Shown here in pieces: positions 1-8,181 of a stretch of DNA of 32,000 nucleotides; position 1 is the first letter of the stretch; each line of letters starts with the position of its first letter. The DNA lies in NCBI RefSeq assembly GCF_000011805.1, contig NC_006840.2; one strand, written 5' to 3'. The stretch comes from Aliivibrio fischeri ES114. Lineage in GTDB: Bacteria; Pseudomonadota; Gammaproteobacteria; Enterobacterales; Vibrionaceae. The notes beneath the pieces were generated by a model that was not told the DNA's origin, ran no database searches, and saw only the letters and a list, made by a program, of their open reading frames with translations. Position numbers and translations under genes: made by a program.

Positions 1-156
1 TCGCAAATAGGGGCGACAATTATGCCTGCTGCCCCAGGTTTTTATCATCAACCCAAATCCATTGAAGATTTAATCGATTTTATGGTAGCAAGAATTTTGG
101 ATCATTTAGGTGTAGAGCAAGGGCTTGTACCTCGCTGGGGTTATGACCATCGATAG
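1..156 (+). CDS. ubiX: Flavin prenyltransferase UbiX, C-terminal fragment (5' end lies outside the window)
   Basis: Frame 1 is open from base 1 to TAG at 154-156. The translation [51 protein letters not shown] resembles the E. coli UbiX C-terminus as recalled (GAVIMPPVPAFYHRPQSLDDVINQTVNRVLDQF). Confidence 0.8.
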   Translation, partial: SQIGATIMPAAPGFYHQPKSIEDLIDFMVARILDHLGVEQGLVPRWGYDHR

Positions 157-204
157 CTGCACAATAAAAGCTCTGGCTCATTAAGCTATTCACACTTACA
201 ATAC

Positions 205-312
205 GACTTCTCATCGGGGAGCTTTGGCTGAGATTAATGAAGATTGGATAATGTTCATTTAAACCCGTATCACCTGAACCAGATAATGCTGGCGTAGGAA
301 TTGAGATGACAT
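205..312 (+). promoter_or_regulatory. TPP (THI-box) riboswitch in the thiBPQ leader
   Basis: Conserved THI-element blocks are read directly: GGGGAGC..GGCTGAGA (217-234), then ACCCGTATCACCTGAACCAGATAATGCTGGCGTAGGAA (263-300). Compare the E. coli thiM aptamer ACCCGUAUCACCUGAUCUGGAUAAUGCCAGCGUAGGGAA. A variable hairpin (AATGAA..TTCATT, about 236-259) lies between the blocks. A possible P1 is TCATC 211-215 / GATGA 305-309. The element sits directly upstream of thiB. Boundaries are approximate. Confidence 0.85.
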
Positions 313-370
313 TCTCCTATGAGTATTTCAACTCTAGCCTGTGCCGCTCAAAAGGACGAAAGAGCGCATA

Positions 371-1387
371 ATGAAAACAACAGTAACTTCACTTCCAGTT
401 AAAAAACTATCTCTCGCTATTGCATTAGCAAGCATCTCTTCTTTTTCTGTGTCCGCGTCAGAAACACTAACGGTATACACTTATGATTCATTTGCAGCGG
501 ATTGGGGGCCAGGACCTAAAGTTGAAGCGGCATTTGAAGCTAAATGTGGCTGTAATTTAGAGCTGGTTGCATTAGATGATGGCGTATCAATTTTGAATCG
601 TCTACGTCTTGAAGGAAAGAATGCTAAAGCTGATATTGTATTGGGTTTAGATAATAACTTAATGGCGGAAGCGAAAAAAACTGGGTTACTCGCTCAACAT
701 CAAATCGATACAAGTTCGGTACATTTACCTAATGGGTGGAGTGATACAACGTTTATTCCTTATGACTTTGGTTATTTTGCTTTTGTTTACAACAAGGAGA
801 AAGTAACTAATCCTCCAAAGAGCCTAAAAGAGTTGGTTGAACAGCGCAACGATTTAAAAGTTATTTATCAAGATCCTCGAACTTCAACGCCGGGGCAAGG
901 CTTATTACTCTGGATGAAATCTGTTTATGGGGATGATGCCGCTCAAGCATGGAAGCAATTATCTAAAAAAACAGTGACGGTAACAAAAGGCTGGTCAGAA
1001 GCTTATAGTATGTTTTTAGAGGGAGAGTCGGATCTCGTTTTATCTTATACAACATCGCCGGCTTACCATATTATTGCTGAAAAAGATCAACGATTTGCTG
1101 CCGCTAATTTTTCAGAAGGCCATTACACTCAAGTTGAAGTTGCGGCAAAAGTTAAATCTACAAAACACAATAAACTTGCCGACGAGTTTTTAGCATTCAT
1201 ATTAAGTGATGAGTTTCAATCTGCGATGCCAACAGGAAACTGGATGTACCCAGTAACTAAAGTTGAACTACCAAAGGGATTTGAAACATTGACGGTACCT
1301 AATAAAGCATTGTCATTTAGCTCTGAAGACATCGCACAAAAGCGTAAATCTTGGATCCGTGAATGGCAACATGCGTTAACTTTTTAA
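371..1387 (+). CDS. thiB: Thiamine/TPP ABC transporter periplasmic binding protein
   Basis: ORF 341-1387. ATG 371 is preferred: GAAAGAG lies 6 nt upstream and the product starts MKTTVTSLPVKKLSLAIALASISSFSVSASE, a signal peptide. Supported by family-1 SBP-like sequence, the upstream TPP riboswitch and the downstream thiP/thiQ. Confidence 0.9.
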   Translation: MKTTVTSLPVKKLSLAIALASISSFSVSASETLTVYTYDSFAADWGPGPKVEAAFEAKCGCNLELVALDDGVSILNRLRLEGKNAKADIVLGLDNNLMAEAKKTGLLAQHQIDTSSVHLPNGWSDTTFIPYDFGYFAFVYNKEKVTNPPKSLKELVEQRNDLKVIYQDPRTSTPGQGLLLWMKSVYGDDAAQAWKQLSKKTVTVTKGWSEAYSMFLEGESDLVLSYTTSPAYHIIAEKDQRFAAANFSEGHYTQVEVAAKVKSTKHNKLADEFLAFILSDEFQSAMPTGNWMYPVTKVELPKGFETLTVPNKALSFSSEDIAQKRKSWIREWQHALTF

Positions 1388-1397
1388 TTGGTGTAAT

Positions 1398-1418
1398 AAG
1401 GAGCCACTAGTGCTCCTT
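1398..1418 (+). terminator. Hairpin between thiB and thiP (possible partial terminator/attenuator)
   Basis: AAGGAGC (1398-1404) pairs with GCTCCTT (1412-1418) around a 7-nt loop, followed by TATTTTATTC. It lies 10 nt after the thiB stop and just before the thiP ATG at 1429. Confidence 0.35.
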
Positions 1419-1428
1419 TATTTTATTC

Positions 1429-3033
1429 ATGAAATCTCGAACTTTATTTAATTCCACGCCTTTATTCGGCTATATCGTTGCAGCCATTATTCTCTGCTTC
1501 GTTGGTGGTGCAATTAGTGCGCTTTTAATCGAATCTCCGAGTTTAGATTTACGTATTATTTGGTCTGATCCTTATTACCGCTACATCACTCAATTTAGTT
1601 TATACCAAGCATTTTTATCAACCATAATCAGTATTGGTTTGGCTATACCAACAGCCTATGCTTTATCTCGCCGTCAATTTATTGGGCGTGGATTATTACT
1701 AAAACTCTGTGCAACGACGTTAGTATTACCAGTGCTTGTGGGGGTTTTTGGTTTATTAGCTATTTATGGGAACAGTGGATTAATCGCTGATGTTTTTACT
1801 TGGTTTGGCGCATCGTTACCATTTTCGATTTATGGCCTAAATGGCATTTTATTGGCTCATGTTTTTTTTAATTTCCCTTTTGCAACTCGGCTGTTACTGC
1901 AATCATTAGATTCTATTTCCATTGAACAACATCAGTTATCTGCACACCTTGGATTAATGGGGTGGAGTAAGTATCGTCTTGTTGCATGGCCGAGAATAAA
2001 ACAGCAATTGCCACATGTTGCTGGGTTGGTCTTTATGCTTTGCTTTACGAGTTTTGCTACCGTAATGGCGCTAGGTGGTGGCCCTAAGTCCACAACAATA
2101 GAGTTAGCAATATACCAAGCAATTAAGTTTGATTTTGATTTGCAATCAGGTGCCATTTTAGCTTTATGGCAAATGTTATTATGTGGATTATTATCATTGT
2201 GTATTCAACGATTCTCAAAATCAGTTTCTGTTGATTCTGCATCGTTATCACAAGTGGTTCTATATCAAGATACCAATAAGGCAAAGTGGTGGGACAGAGC
2301 GTGGATAACGCTTTTAGGGCTTTTTATGTTACCGCCCTTATTTATGGTTGTTCTTAGTGGGCTTAATTCACAATTATTTGTTGTCATCACGTCACCGGAG
2401 TTTTGGTCTGCATTAATCAATTCTTTAATTGTTGCCTTTGGTGCCGCTGTGATTGCATTACTTCTTGGTGTTCTGCTTTTACATACAACTCGGTCTTTAC
2501 GTTTAAAACAAAAAAGATTATTAGCAGATAAGTTAGATCTGATTGGTGTGATGATTTTAGTCACGCCGGGGTTGGTAATCAGTACGGGGCTTTTTTTATT
2601 ATTAAGAAACATTACTGATGTATTTAGTATTGCTATTTGGATTGTCATCTTAGTTAATGCATTAATGGCATTACCTTATGTAATAAAAACGTTAGCTCAA
2701 CCTTTATTGCATATTGCGCAACAGTACCATTTACTGTGTGCAAGTTTGGGATTGTACGGATTGTCACGATTTCGAGTGATTGAATGGAAAGCATTAAGAA
2801 AACCTTTTGCTCATGCTTTTTCCATTGCTTTTATTATGTCTGTTGGTGATTTAAGTGCGATTGCCTTGTTTGGTAGCCAAGATTTTAGAACGCTACCACT
2901 CTATTTATTTCAATTGCTTGGCAGTTATCAGATGGAAGCGGCAGCCGTTATTTCATTGAGCCTTTTATTATTGAGTGTGGGTGTGTTTGCTGTTGTTGAA
3001 TGGCTATTTTTATCAAAGAAAAGGAAACAGTAA
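1429..3033 (+). CDS. thiP: Thiamine ABC transporter permease (duplicated, two-domain membrane protein)
   Basis: 534-aa hydrophobic ORF, similar in length to E. coli ThiP (about 536 aa) with recognisable blocks (ILLAHVFFNFPFATRLLLQSL, GGGPKSTTIELAIYQA). Its stop overlaps the thiQ ATG by 1 nt (TAATG). Confidence 0.92.
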   Translation: MKSRTLFNSTPLFGYIVAAIILCFVGGAISALLIESPSLDLRIIWSDPYYRYITQFSLYQAFLSTIISIGLAIPTAYALSRRQFIGRGLLLKLCATTLVLPVLVGVFGLLAIYGNSGLIADVFTWFGASLPFSIYGLNGILLAHVFFNFPFATRLLLQSLDSISIEQHQLSAHLGLMGWSKYRLVAWPRIKQQLPHVAGLVFMLCFTSFATVMALGGGPKSTTIELAIYQAIKFDFDLQSGAILALWQMLLCGLLSLCIQRFSKSVSVDSASLSQVVLYQDTNKAKWWDRAWITLLGLFMLPPLFMVVLSGLNSQLFVVITSPEFWSALINSLIVAFGAAVIALLLGVLLLHTTRSLRLKQKRLLADKLDLIGVMILVTPGLVISTGLFLLLRNITDVFSIAIWIVILVNALMALPYVIKTLAQPLLHIAQQYHLLCASLGLYGLSRFRVIEWKALRKPFAHAFSIAFIMSVGDLSAIALFGSQDFRTLPLYLFQLLGSYQMEAAAVISLSLLLLSVGVFAVVEWLFLSKKRKQ

Positions 3034-3737
3034 TGCTGCGTTTTTCTGATGTGAAATATCGATATTATACTGATTTGTTTGAGTTCGATTTGAATGTAGA
3101 GCAGGGAAGCGTTGTTGCTATTTTAGGTCCTAGTGGGGCTGGTAAAAGTACCTTATTGAGCTTATTAGCAGGTTTTATTGAACCTGAAAGTGGTGATATT
3201 ACAATAAATAACGAATCACAGCTTTCACTTGCTCCTCATCAACGTCCTTTATCTATGTTATTTCAAGAGCATAACCTTTTTGCTCATTTATCTGTTGCTG
3301 AGAATATTGGCTTGGGTATTAAGCCTAATTTACGTTTAAATGAGAAAGATAAAAAACGAATTAATGATGCGGCTCGCCAAGTTGGGGTTGATGATTTGTT
3401 GCAACGTTTGCCTGAGCAGTTATCTGGAGGACAAAAGCAACGTGTAGCCTTAGCCCGATGCTTAGTTCAGCAAAAACCTGTCTTATTATTGGATGAGCCA
3501 TTTTCAGCGCTTGACCCTATCTTAAGGGAAGAAATGATTGTGTTAATTCAGGCGTTGATAAAGAGTGAAAAATTAACTGTTTTAATGGTGACCCACAGTT
3601 TACAAGATGCAAAAGCCCTTGCTTCTCATTATGCTTTTATTTGTCAGCAAAAAGTGCTGAGCCAGGGGCGTATTTCTGAATTATTTACTCAAGAAAAACC
3701 ACCAGAATTAACGCAATATTTACAAGCGGTAAAGTAA
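3033..3737 (+). CDS. thiQ: Thiamine ABC transporter ATP-binding protein
   Basis: Walker A GPSGAGKST, ABC signature LSGGQKQR and Walker B LLLDEPFSALD. ATG 3033 (MLRFSDVKY) overlaps the thiP stop. The upstream in-frame ATG at 3000 lies inside thiP. Confidence 0.92.
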   Translation: MLRFSDVKYRYYTDLFEFDLNVEQGSVVAILGPSGAGKSTLLSLLAGFIEPESGDITINNESQLSLAPHQRPLSMLFQEHNLFAHLSVAENIGLGIKPNLRLNEKDKKRINDAARQVGVDDLLQRLPEQLSGGQKQRVALARCLVQQKPVLLLDEPFSALDPILREEMIVLIQALIKSEKLTVLMVTHSLQDAKALASHYAFICQQKVLSQGRISELFTQEKPPELTQYLQAVK

Positions 3738-3930
3738 ACTTTGTTTATAAAAATGCGTATAATCGACTACACTCATTTTTATAGTAAATTGGCGTGACCT
3801 GAGTGCTCTCATACAGTAACATTAGCGCCCTTTTGAGCCTTAACCTTTGCGGGTTGTCTATTCTTGGCTTTCGAAAAAATTCTCATTCCATATCTTATAA
3901 AACAAATTAATTTTGAGGTGCGTTACCACT

Positions 3931-6789
3931 ATGTCATTTGCTTTGGGACAACGTTGGATCAGTGATACAGAAAGTGATTTAGGTTTAGGTACGGTAGTGG
4001 CTGTTGATGACAGAACCGTATCATTACTTTTTGCAGCATCAGAAGAAAACCGTTTATACGCAAAACACGATGCACCCGTTACCCGAGTGATGTTCAATAA
4101 GGGAGATACCATTGAAAGCCATGAGGGCTGGTCACTTGATGTTGAAGACGTTATTGAAGAAGGTGGTTTATTAACTTATATCGGTACTCGAGTTGATACT
4201 GACGAAGCCAATGTGGTACTTCGTGAGACGTTATTGAGTCATCAAATCCGTTTTAATAAACCTCAAGATAAATTATTTGCAGGTCAAATTGATCGTATGG
4301 ATCGATTTGCTTTGCGTTTCCGTGCGCTTCAAAACCAATATGAACAACACAAAAGCCCGATGCGCGGTTTATGTGGCATGCGTGCAGGATTGATCCCTCA
4401 CCAATTATTCATTGCTCATGAAGTGGGCCGTCGTTATGCCCCACGTGTTTTATTAGCCGATGAAGTGGGCTTAGGTAAAACCATTGAAGCGGGTATGATC
4501 ATTCACCAACAGGTGCTTTCTGGTCGTGCTGAGCGCGTATTGATTGTTGTACCTGAAACACTACAACATCAGTGGTTAGTTGAAATGATGCGTCGTTTTA
4601 ACCTTCATTTTTCTATTTTTGATGAAGAGCGTTGTGTTGAAGCTTATGCCGATTCTGAAAACCCATTTGATACCGCACAATTTGTTTTATGTTCTTTAGA
4701 CTTTATTCGTAAGAGTAAGCGTCGTTTTGAGCAAGTCGTTGAAGCCGATTGGGATTTGCTAGTTGTTGATGAAGCGCATCACTTAGAGTGGAATCAAACT
4801 AAGCCTAGTCGTGAATATCAAGTTATCGAAGCGATTGCAGAAGAAACGCCAGGAGTATTACTGCTAACAGCGACACCTGAGCAATTAGGCCATGAGAGTC
4901 ACTTTGCTCGTTTACGTCTATTAGATCCTGATCGTTTTTATGATTATGACGCATTCGTAGAAGAAGAACGTCAATATCAACCTGTGGCTGATGCAGTAAC
5001 GGCATTAATGAGCGGTGAAAAACTATCAAATGATGCGAAAAACCGTATTACTGAACTGCTTTCTGAGCAAGATGTAGAGCCGCTATTTAGAATTATTGAA
5101 TCATCAGCAGCAGAAGATGAACAAGCACAAGCTCGCCAAGAGTTAGTGGATAATTTAATGGACCGTCATGGTACGGGACGTGTGTTATTCCGTAATACTC
5201 GTGCAGCTATTAAAGGTTTCCCACAGCGTAATCTTAATTTAATGCCAATGCCTTTACCATCTCAGTATGCTACGTCTATGCGTGTTGCAACCATGATGGG
5301 TGGACGTATGACGGATGAAGCTCGTGCAATGAAGATGCTTTACCCAGAAGAAATCTTCCAAGAGTTTGAAGGTGATAGTGCGACGTGGTGGCAGTTTGAC
5401 CCGCGTGTTAACTGGTTACTTGAATTACTGAAAGAAAACCGTAATGAGAAGGTGCTTATTATTGCATCTCGAGCTTCAACTGCATTACAACTTGAGCAAG
5501 CATTACGTGAGCGTGAAGGTATTCGTGGTACGGTTTTCCATGAAGGTATGTCAATTATTGAACGTGATAAAGCGGCAGCTTACTTCGCACAAGAAGAAGG
5601 CGGCGCACAGGTATTGATTTGTTCTGAGATTGGTTCTGAAGGTCGTAACTTCCAGTTTGCTAATCAACTTGTCATGTTTGATTTACCGTTTAACCCTGAC
5701 TTACTTGAGCAACGTATTGGTCGTTTGGATCGCATTGGTCAAAAACGCGATATTGAAATTCATGTTCCTTACCTACAAGGTACATCTCAAGAATTGCTTG
5801 CTCGTTGGTTTGATGAAGGTTTAAATGCATTTGGTGAAACGTGTCCAACAGGTCGTGCTGTTTATGACAAATTTGCTGATGCAATTATTGCTATCTTAGC
5901 AACAGGTAAATCTGATGGCTTAGAGTCATTAATTGAAGAGTCGGCTACATTAAATAAAGCGCTAAAATCACAATTAGAGCAAGGTCGTGACCGTTTATTA
6001 GAAGTGCATTCTAATGGTGGTGATAAAGCGAAAGAAATTGCAGAGCAAATTGCGGCAACCGACGGCGATACAAATCTTGTTAATTTTGCATTAAACCTAT
6101 TCGATACCATTGGTTTAAACCAAGATGATAAAGGTGAAAATGCCATTGTTGTCACTCCAGCGGAAAACATGTTGGTATCAAGTTACCCTGGCTTACCTTA
6201 TGAAGGTTGTACTATTACGTTTGATCGTGAAACCGCGCTTTCTCGTGAAGATATGAACTTGATCAGTTGGGAGCACCCAATGATTCAAGGTGGTATTGAT
6301 CTTGTTTTAACCGAAGGGGTAGGGGCAACAGCGGTTTCTTTATTGAAGAATAAAGCATTACCAGCAGGCACTTTATTACTGGAATTGGTTTATGTAGTAG
6401 ATGCGCAAGCTCCTAAACAGAGTGGTATTGCTCGCTTCTTACCTAAAACGCCTATTCGTATCATGATGGATGGTAAAGGTAATGATCTTTCTGCTCAGGT
6501 TGAATTTGAAAGCTTTAACCGTCAATTAAGCCCAGTTAATCGTCATATGGCGAGTAAGTTGGTTAATTCGGTTCAAAAAGAGATCCATGGATTAATCGAT
6601 AAAGCGGAAATTAGCATGGAAGAGCGTTTAGAAAGCGTTCGCACTGATGCTGAAAAAGAGATGAAAGCAGCACTTAATTCAGAGCTTGAACGTTTACAAG
6701 CTTTGAAGGCAGTCAACCCCAATATTCGTGATGAAGAGTTAACTCAAATTGGAAACTCAAATGAGCGAACTATCTGGTTATATTGGTAA
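3931..6789 (+). CDS. rapA: RNA polymerase-associated SWI2/SNF2 ATPase RapA (HepA); the 3' end is disrupted by an apparent frameshift and the conserved C-terminus continues in the next frame to 6841
   Basis: The N-terminus [23 protein letters not shown] matches E. coli [29 protein letters not shown] lies 10 nt upstream of ATG 3931. Helicase motif I is [12 protein letters not shown] and the DEAH box is VVDEAHHL. The ORF tail [13 protein letters not shown] is non-homologous; the frame-2 peptide at 6746-6841 is RapA-like (see findings). Confidence 0.9.
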   Translation: MSFALGQRWISDTESDLGLGTVVAVDDRTVSLLFAASEENRLYAKHDAPVTRVMFNKGDTIESHEGWSLDVEDVIEEGGLLTYIGTRVDTDEANVVLRETLLSHQIRFNKPQDKLFAGQIDRMDRFALRFRALQNQYEQHKSPMRGLCGMRAGLIPHQLFIAHEVGRRYAPRVLLADEVGLGKTIEAGMIIHQQVLSGRAERVLIVVPETLQHQWLVEMMRRFNLHFSIFDEERCVEAYADSENPFDTAQFVLCSLDFIRKSKRRFEQVVEADWDLLVVDEAHHLEWNQTKPSREYQVIEAIAEETPGVLLLTATPEQLGHESHFARLRLLDPDRFYDYDAFVEEERQYQPVADAVTALMSGEKLSNDAKNRITELLSEQDVEPLFRIIESSAAEDEQAQARQELVDNLMDRHGTGRVLFRNTRAAIKGFPQRNLNLMPMPLPSQYATSMRVATMMGGRMTDEARAMKMLYPEEIFQEFEGDSATWWQFDPRVNWLLELLKENRNEKVLIIASRASTALQLEQALREREGIRGTVFHEGMSIIERDKAAAYFAQEEGGAQVLICSEIGSEGRNFQFANQLVMFDLPFNPDLLEQRIGRLDRIGQKRDIEIHVPYLQGTSQELLARWFDEGLNAFGETCPTGRAVYDKFADAIIAILATGKSDGLESLIEESATLNKALKSQLEQGRDRLLEVHSNGGDKAKEIAEQIAATDGDTNLVNFALNLFDTIGLNQDDKGENAIVVTPAENMLVSSYPGLPYEGCTITFDRETALSREDMNLISWEHPMIQGGIDLVLTEGVGATAVSLLKNKALPAGTLLLELVYVVDAQAPKQSGIARFLPKTPIRIMMDGKGNDLSAQVEFESFNRQLSPVNRHMASKLVNSVQKEIHGLIDKAEISMEERLESVRTDAEKEMKAALNSELERLQALKAVNPNIRDEELTQIGNSNERTIWLYW

Positions 6790-6848
6790 AGCACAAGTTC
6801 AGTTAGATTCATTACGTCTAATTGTAGTGAGCCATAATTAAGTAACAT

Positions 6849-6885
6849 CATGCTCTCTGAATAATGGTATGTTTCAGAGAGCATG
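6849..6885 (+). other. Perfect 13-bp stem-loop between rapA and rluA
   Basis: CATGCTCTCTGAA (6849-6861) pairs with TTCAGAGAGCATG (6873-6885) around an 11-nt loop. There is no following T-run. The 3' arm contains the ATG at 6883. Confidence 0.6.
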
Positions 6886-6903
6886 CCTATAGTGAGTATA
6901 AGC

Positions 6904-7641
6904 ATGGCAATGCTGGAATATTTACCACCCCAAGATCCGTGGATAGACATTGTTTATCAAGACGAATCTATTTTAGTGGTAAACAAGCCATCTGGTTTAT
7001 TATCTGTACCTGGCCGAGCTCCTGAGCATTACGACAGTATGTGGAGCCGTTTAAAGGTTGAATTCCCTGATATTCAAGTTGTACATCGTTTAGATATGTC
7101 TACGTCAGGGTTAATGTTGTTTGCGATGAATAAATACAGCGAACGTCATTTAAAGAAACAGTTTCAGTACCGTCTAACGCATAAAATTTATTATGCGCGA
7201 GTATGGGGAAACATTGAGCAAGATGAAGGCGAAATTGATTTACCTTTAATTTGTGATTGGGAGAATAGACCAAAACAGAAAGTCTGTTTTGAGCATGGCA
7301 AACCTTCTCAAACTCGCTATCAAGTTGTAAGACGTGAAGAGAAAACGACGATTGTTCGGTTGCTACCGATCACTGGGCGCTCTCATCAATTACGTGTACA
7401 TATGCTATCGATTGGGCATCCGATTGTTGGGGATGAGTTTTATGCGAATGAGGAAGCGAAGAATTTCTCTTCTCGTTTGGAGTTGCATGCGGCTGAATTG
7501 AGCTTTTACCATCCAAAATCGGACTGGGTTCGCTCTATTTTTGTCCCTTGTGATTTTTATCCTGAAGCACAAGAGATGATGTTTTCTATTTATGATCCAA
7601 CAAGAAAGCTACCAGATTATAAAACATTGAAATCATCTTAA
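6904..7641 (+). CDS. rluA: 23S rRNA/tRNA pseudouridine synthase RluA
   Basis: LEYLPPQDPWIDIVYQDESILVVNKPSGLLSVPGR parallels E. coli MGMENYNPPQEPWLVILYQDDHIMVVNKPSGLLSVPGR. The catalytic motif is HRLDMSTSGL. The start is ambiguous (ATG 6883, 6904 or 6910). I prefer 6904 because 6883 is buried in the hairpin and adds non-homologous residues. Confidence 0.85.
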   Translation: MAMLEYLPPQDPWIDIVYQDESILVVNKPSGLLSVPGRAPEHYDSMWSRLKVEFPDIQVVHRLDMSTSGLMLFAMNKYSERHLKKQFQYRLTHKIYYARVWGNIEQDEGEIDLPLICDWENRPKQKVCFEHGKPSQTRYQVVRREEKTTIVRLLPITGRSHQLRVHMLSIGHPIVGDEFYANEEAKNFSSRLELHAAELSFYHPKSDWVRSIFVPCDFYPEAQEMMFSIYDPTRKLPDYKTLKSS

Positions 7642-7642
7642 T

Positions 7643-7685
7643 AAAAAAATCAGTTCGAGATGAATGTCTCGAACTGAATCTTTTC
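7643..7685. terminator. Bidirectional rho-independent terminator between convergent rluA and usp
   Basis: 11-bp perfect stem TCAGTTCGAGA (7650-7660) / TCTCGAACTGA (7667-7677) with a 6-nt loop. It is flanked by A7 (7643-7649) and ATCTTTT (7678-7684), giving a U-run on both strands. Confidence 0.8.
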
Positions 7686-7692
7686 ATTATGG

Positions 7693-8130
7693 TTAGCCTT
7701 GTGGCTTTACAACCATGACATTGATTGGTGAGTTTTCAACAACTTTACTTGCCACCGAACCAAGCATCACCTTATCAATTTTTGAGCGTTTGTGACTTGG
7801 CATAACAATAAGATCAGCACCTAAGCGTTCTGCGTAATCAAGAATTGTGACATAAGGTTTTCCTTCTGACACATGAACTCTATATACGACTTCCTCATCA
7901 ACAAACTTCGCAGCAAACTTGTTTAATTGTTCGGATACATCAGCTTTCATTTGCTTTGCCGCATCTTTAGGAAAGTATGTAGAGACCATAGACATATGAA
8001 TCCCCGGCAATACATTTAAAAGATGCAGCTCTGCATTTGATTGTTTTGCATGCCAAACCGCTAATTCAACGGCTTTATCTGCAAACCCTTTTTCGTTTAA
8101 ATCTACTGGAACCAAGATCTGTTTATACAT
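7693..8130 (-). CDS. Universal stress protein (UspA family)
   Basis: MYKQILVPVDLNEKGFADKAVELAVWHAKQSNAELHLLNV ... LGSVASKVVENSPINVMVV is a typical single-domain USP of about 145 aa. ATG 8130 is preferred over the ORF start at 8181, which would abut the permease stop and adds non-USP residues. Confidence 0.85.
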   Translation of the reverse strand: MYKQILVPVDLNEKGFADKAVELAVWHAKQSNAELHLLNVLPGIHMSMVSTYFPKDAAKQMKADVSEQLNKFAAKFVDEEVVYRVHVSEGKPYVTILDYAERLGADLIVMPSHKRSKIDKVMLGSVASKVVENSPINVMVVKPQG

Positions 8131-8181
8131 ATTTTTATTACCTAATTTGGGGAGATGATACTCCCCATAGATTCCATTCAA

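Noticed and set aside
1932-2648. 74-aa and 127-aa minus-strand ORFs
   Set aside because: They are antisense to thiP, whose frame is supported by full-length homology.
3738-3930. Possible rapA promoter (TATAAT at 3758-3763) or sRNA in the thiQ-rapA spacer
   Set aside because: The -10 hexamer is perfect, but no acceptable -35 lies at 16-18 bp spacing, and there is no convincing structure or terminator for an sRNA. I left it uncalled.
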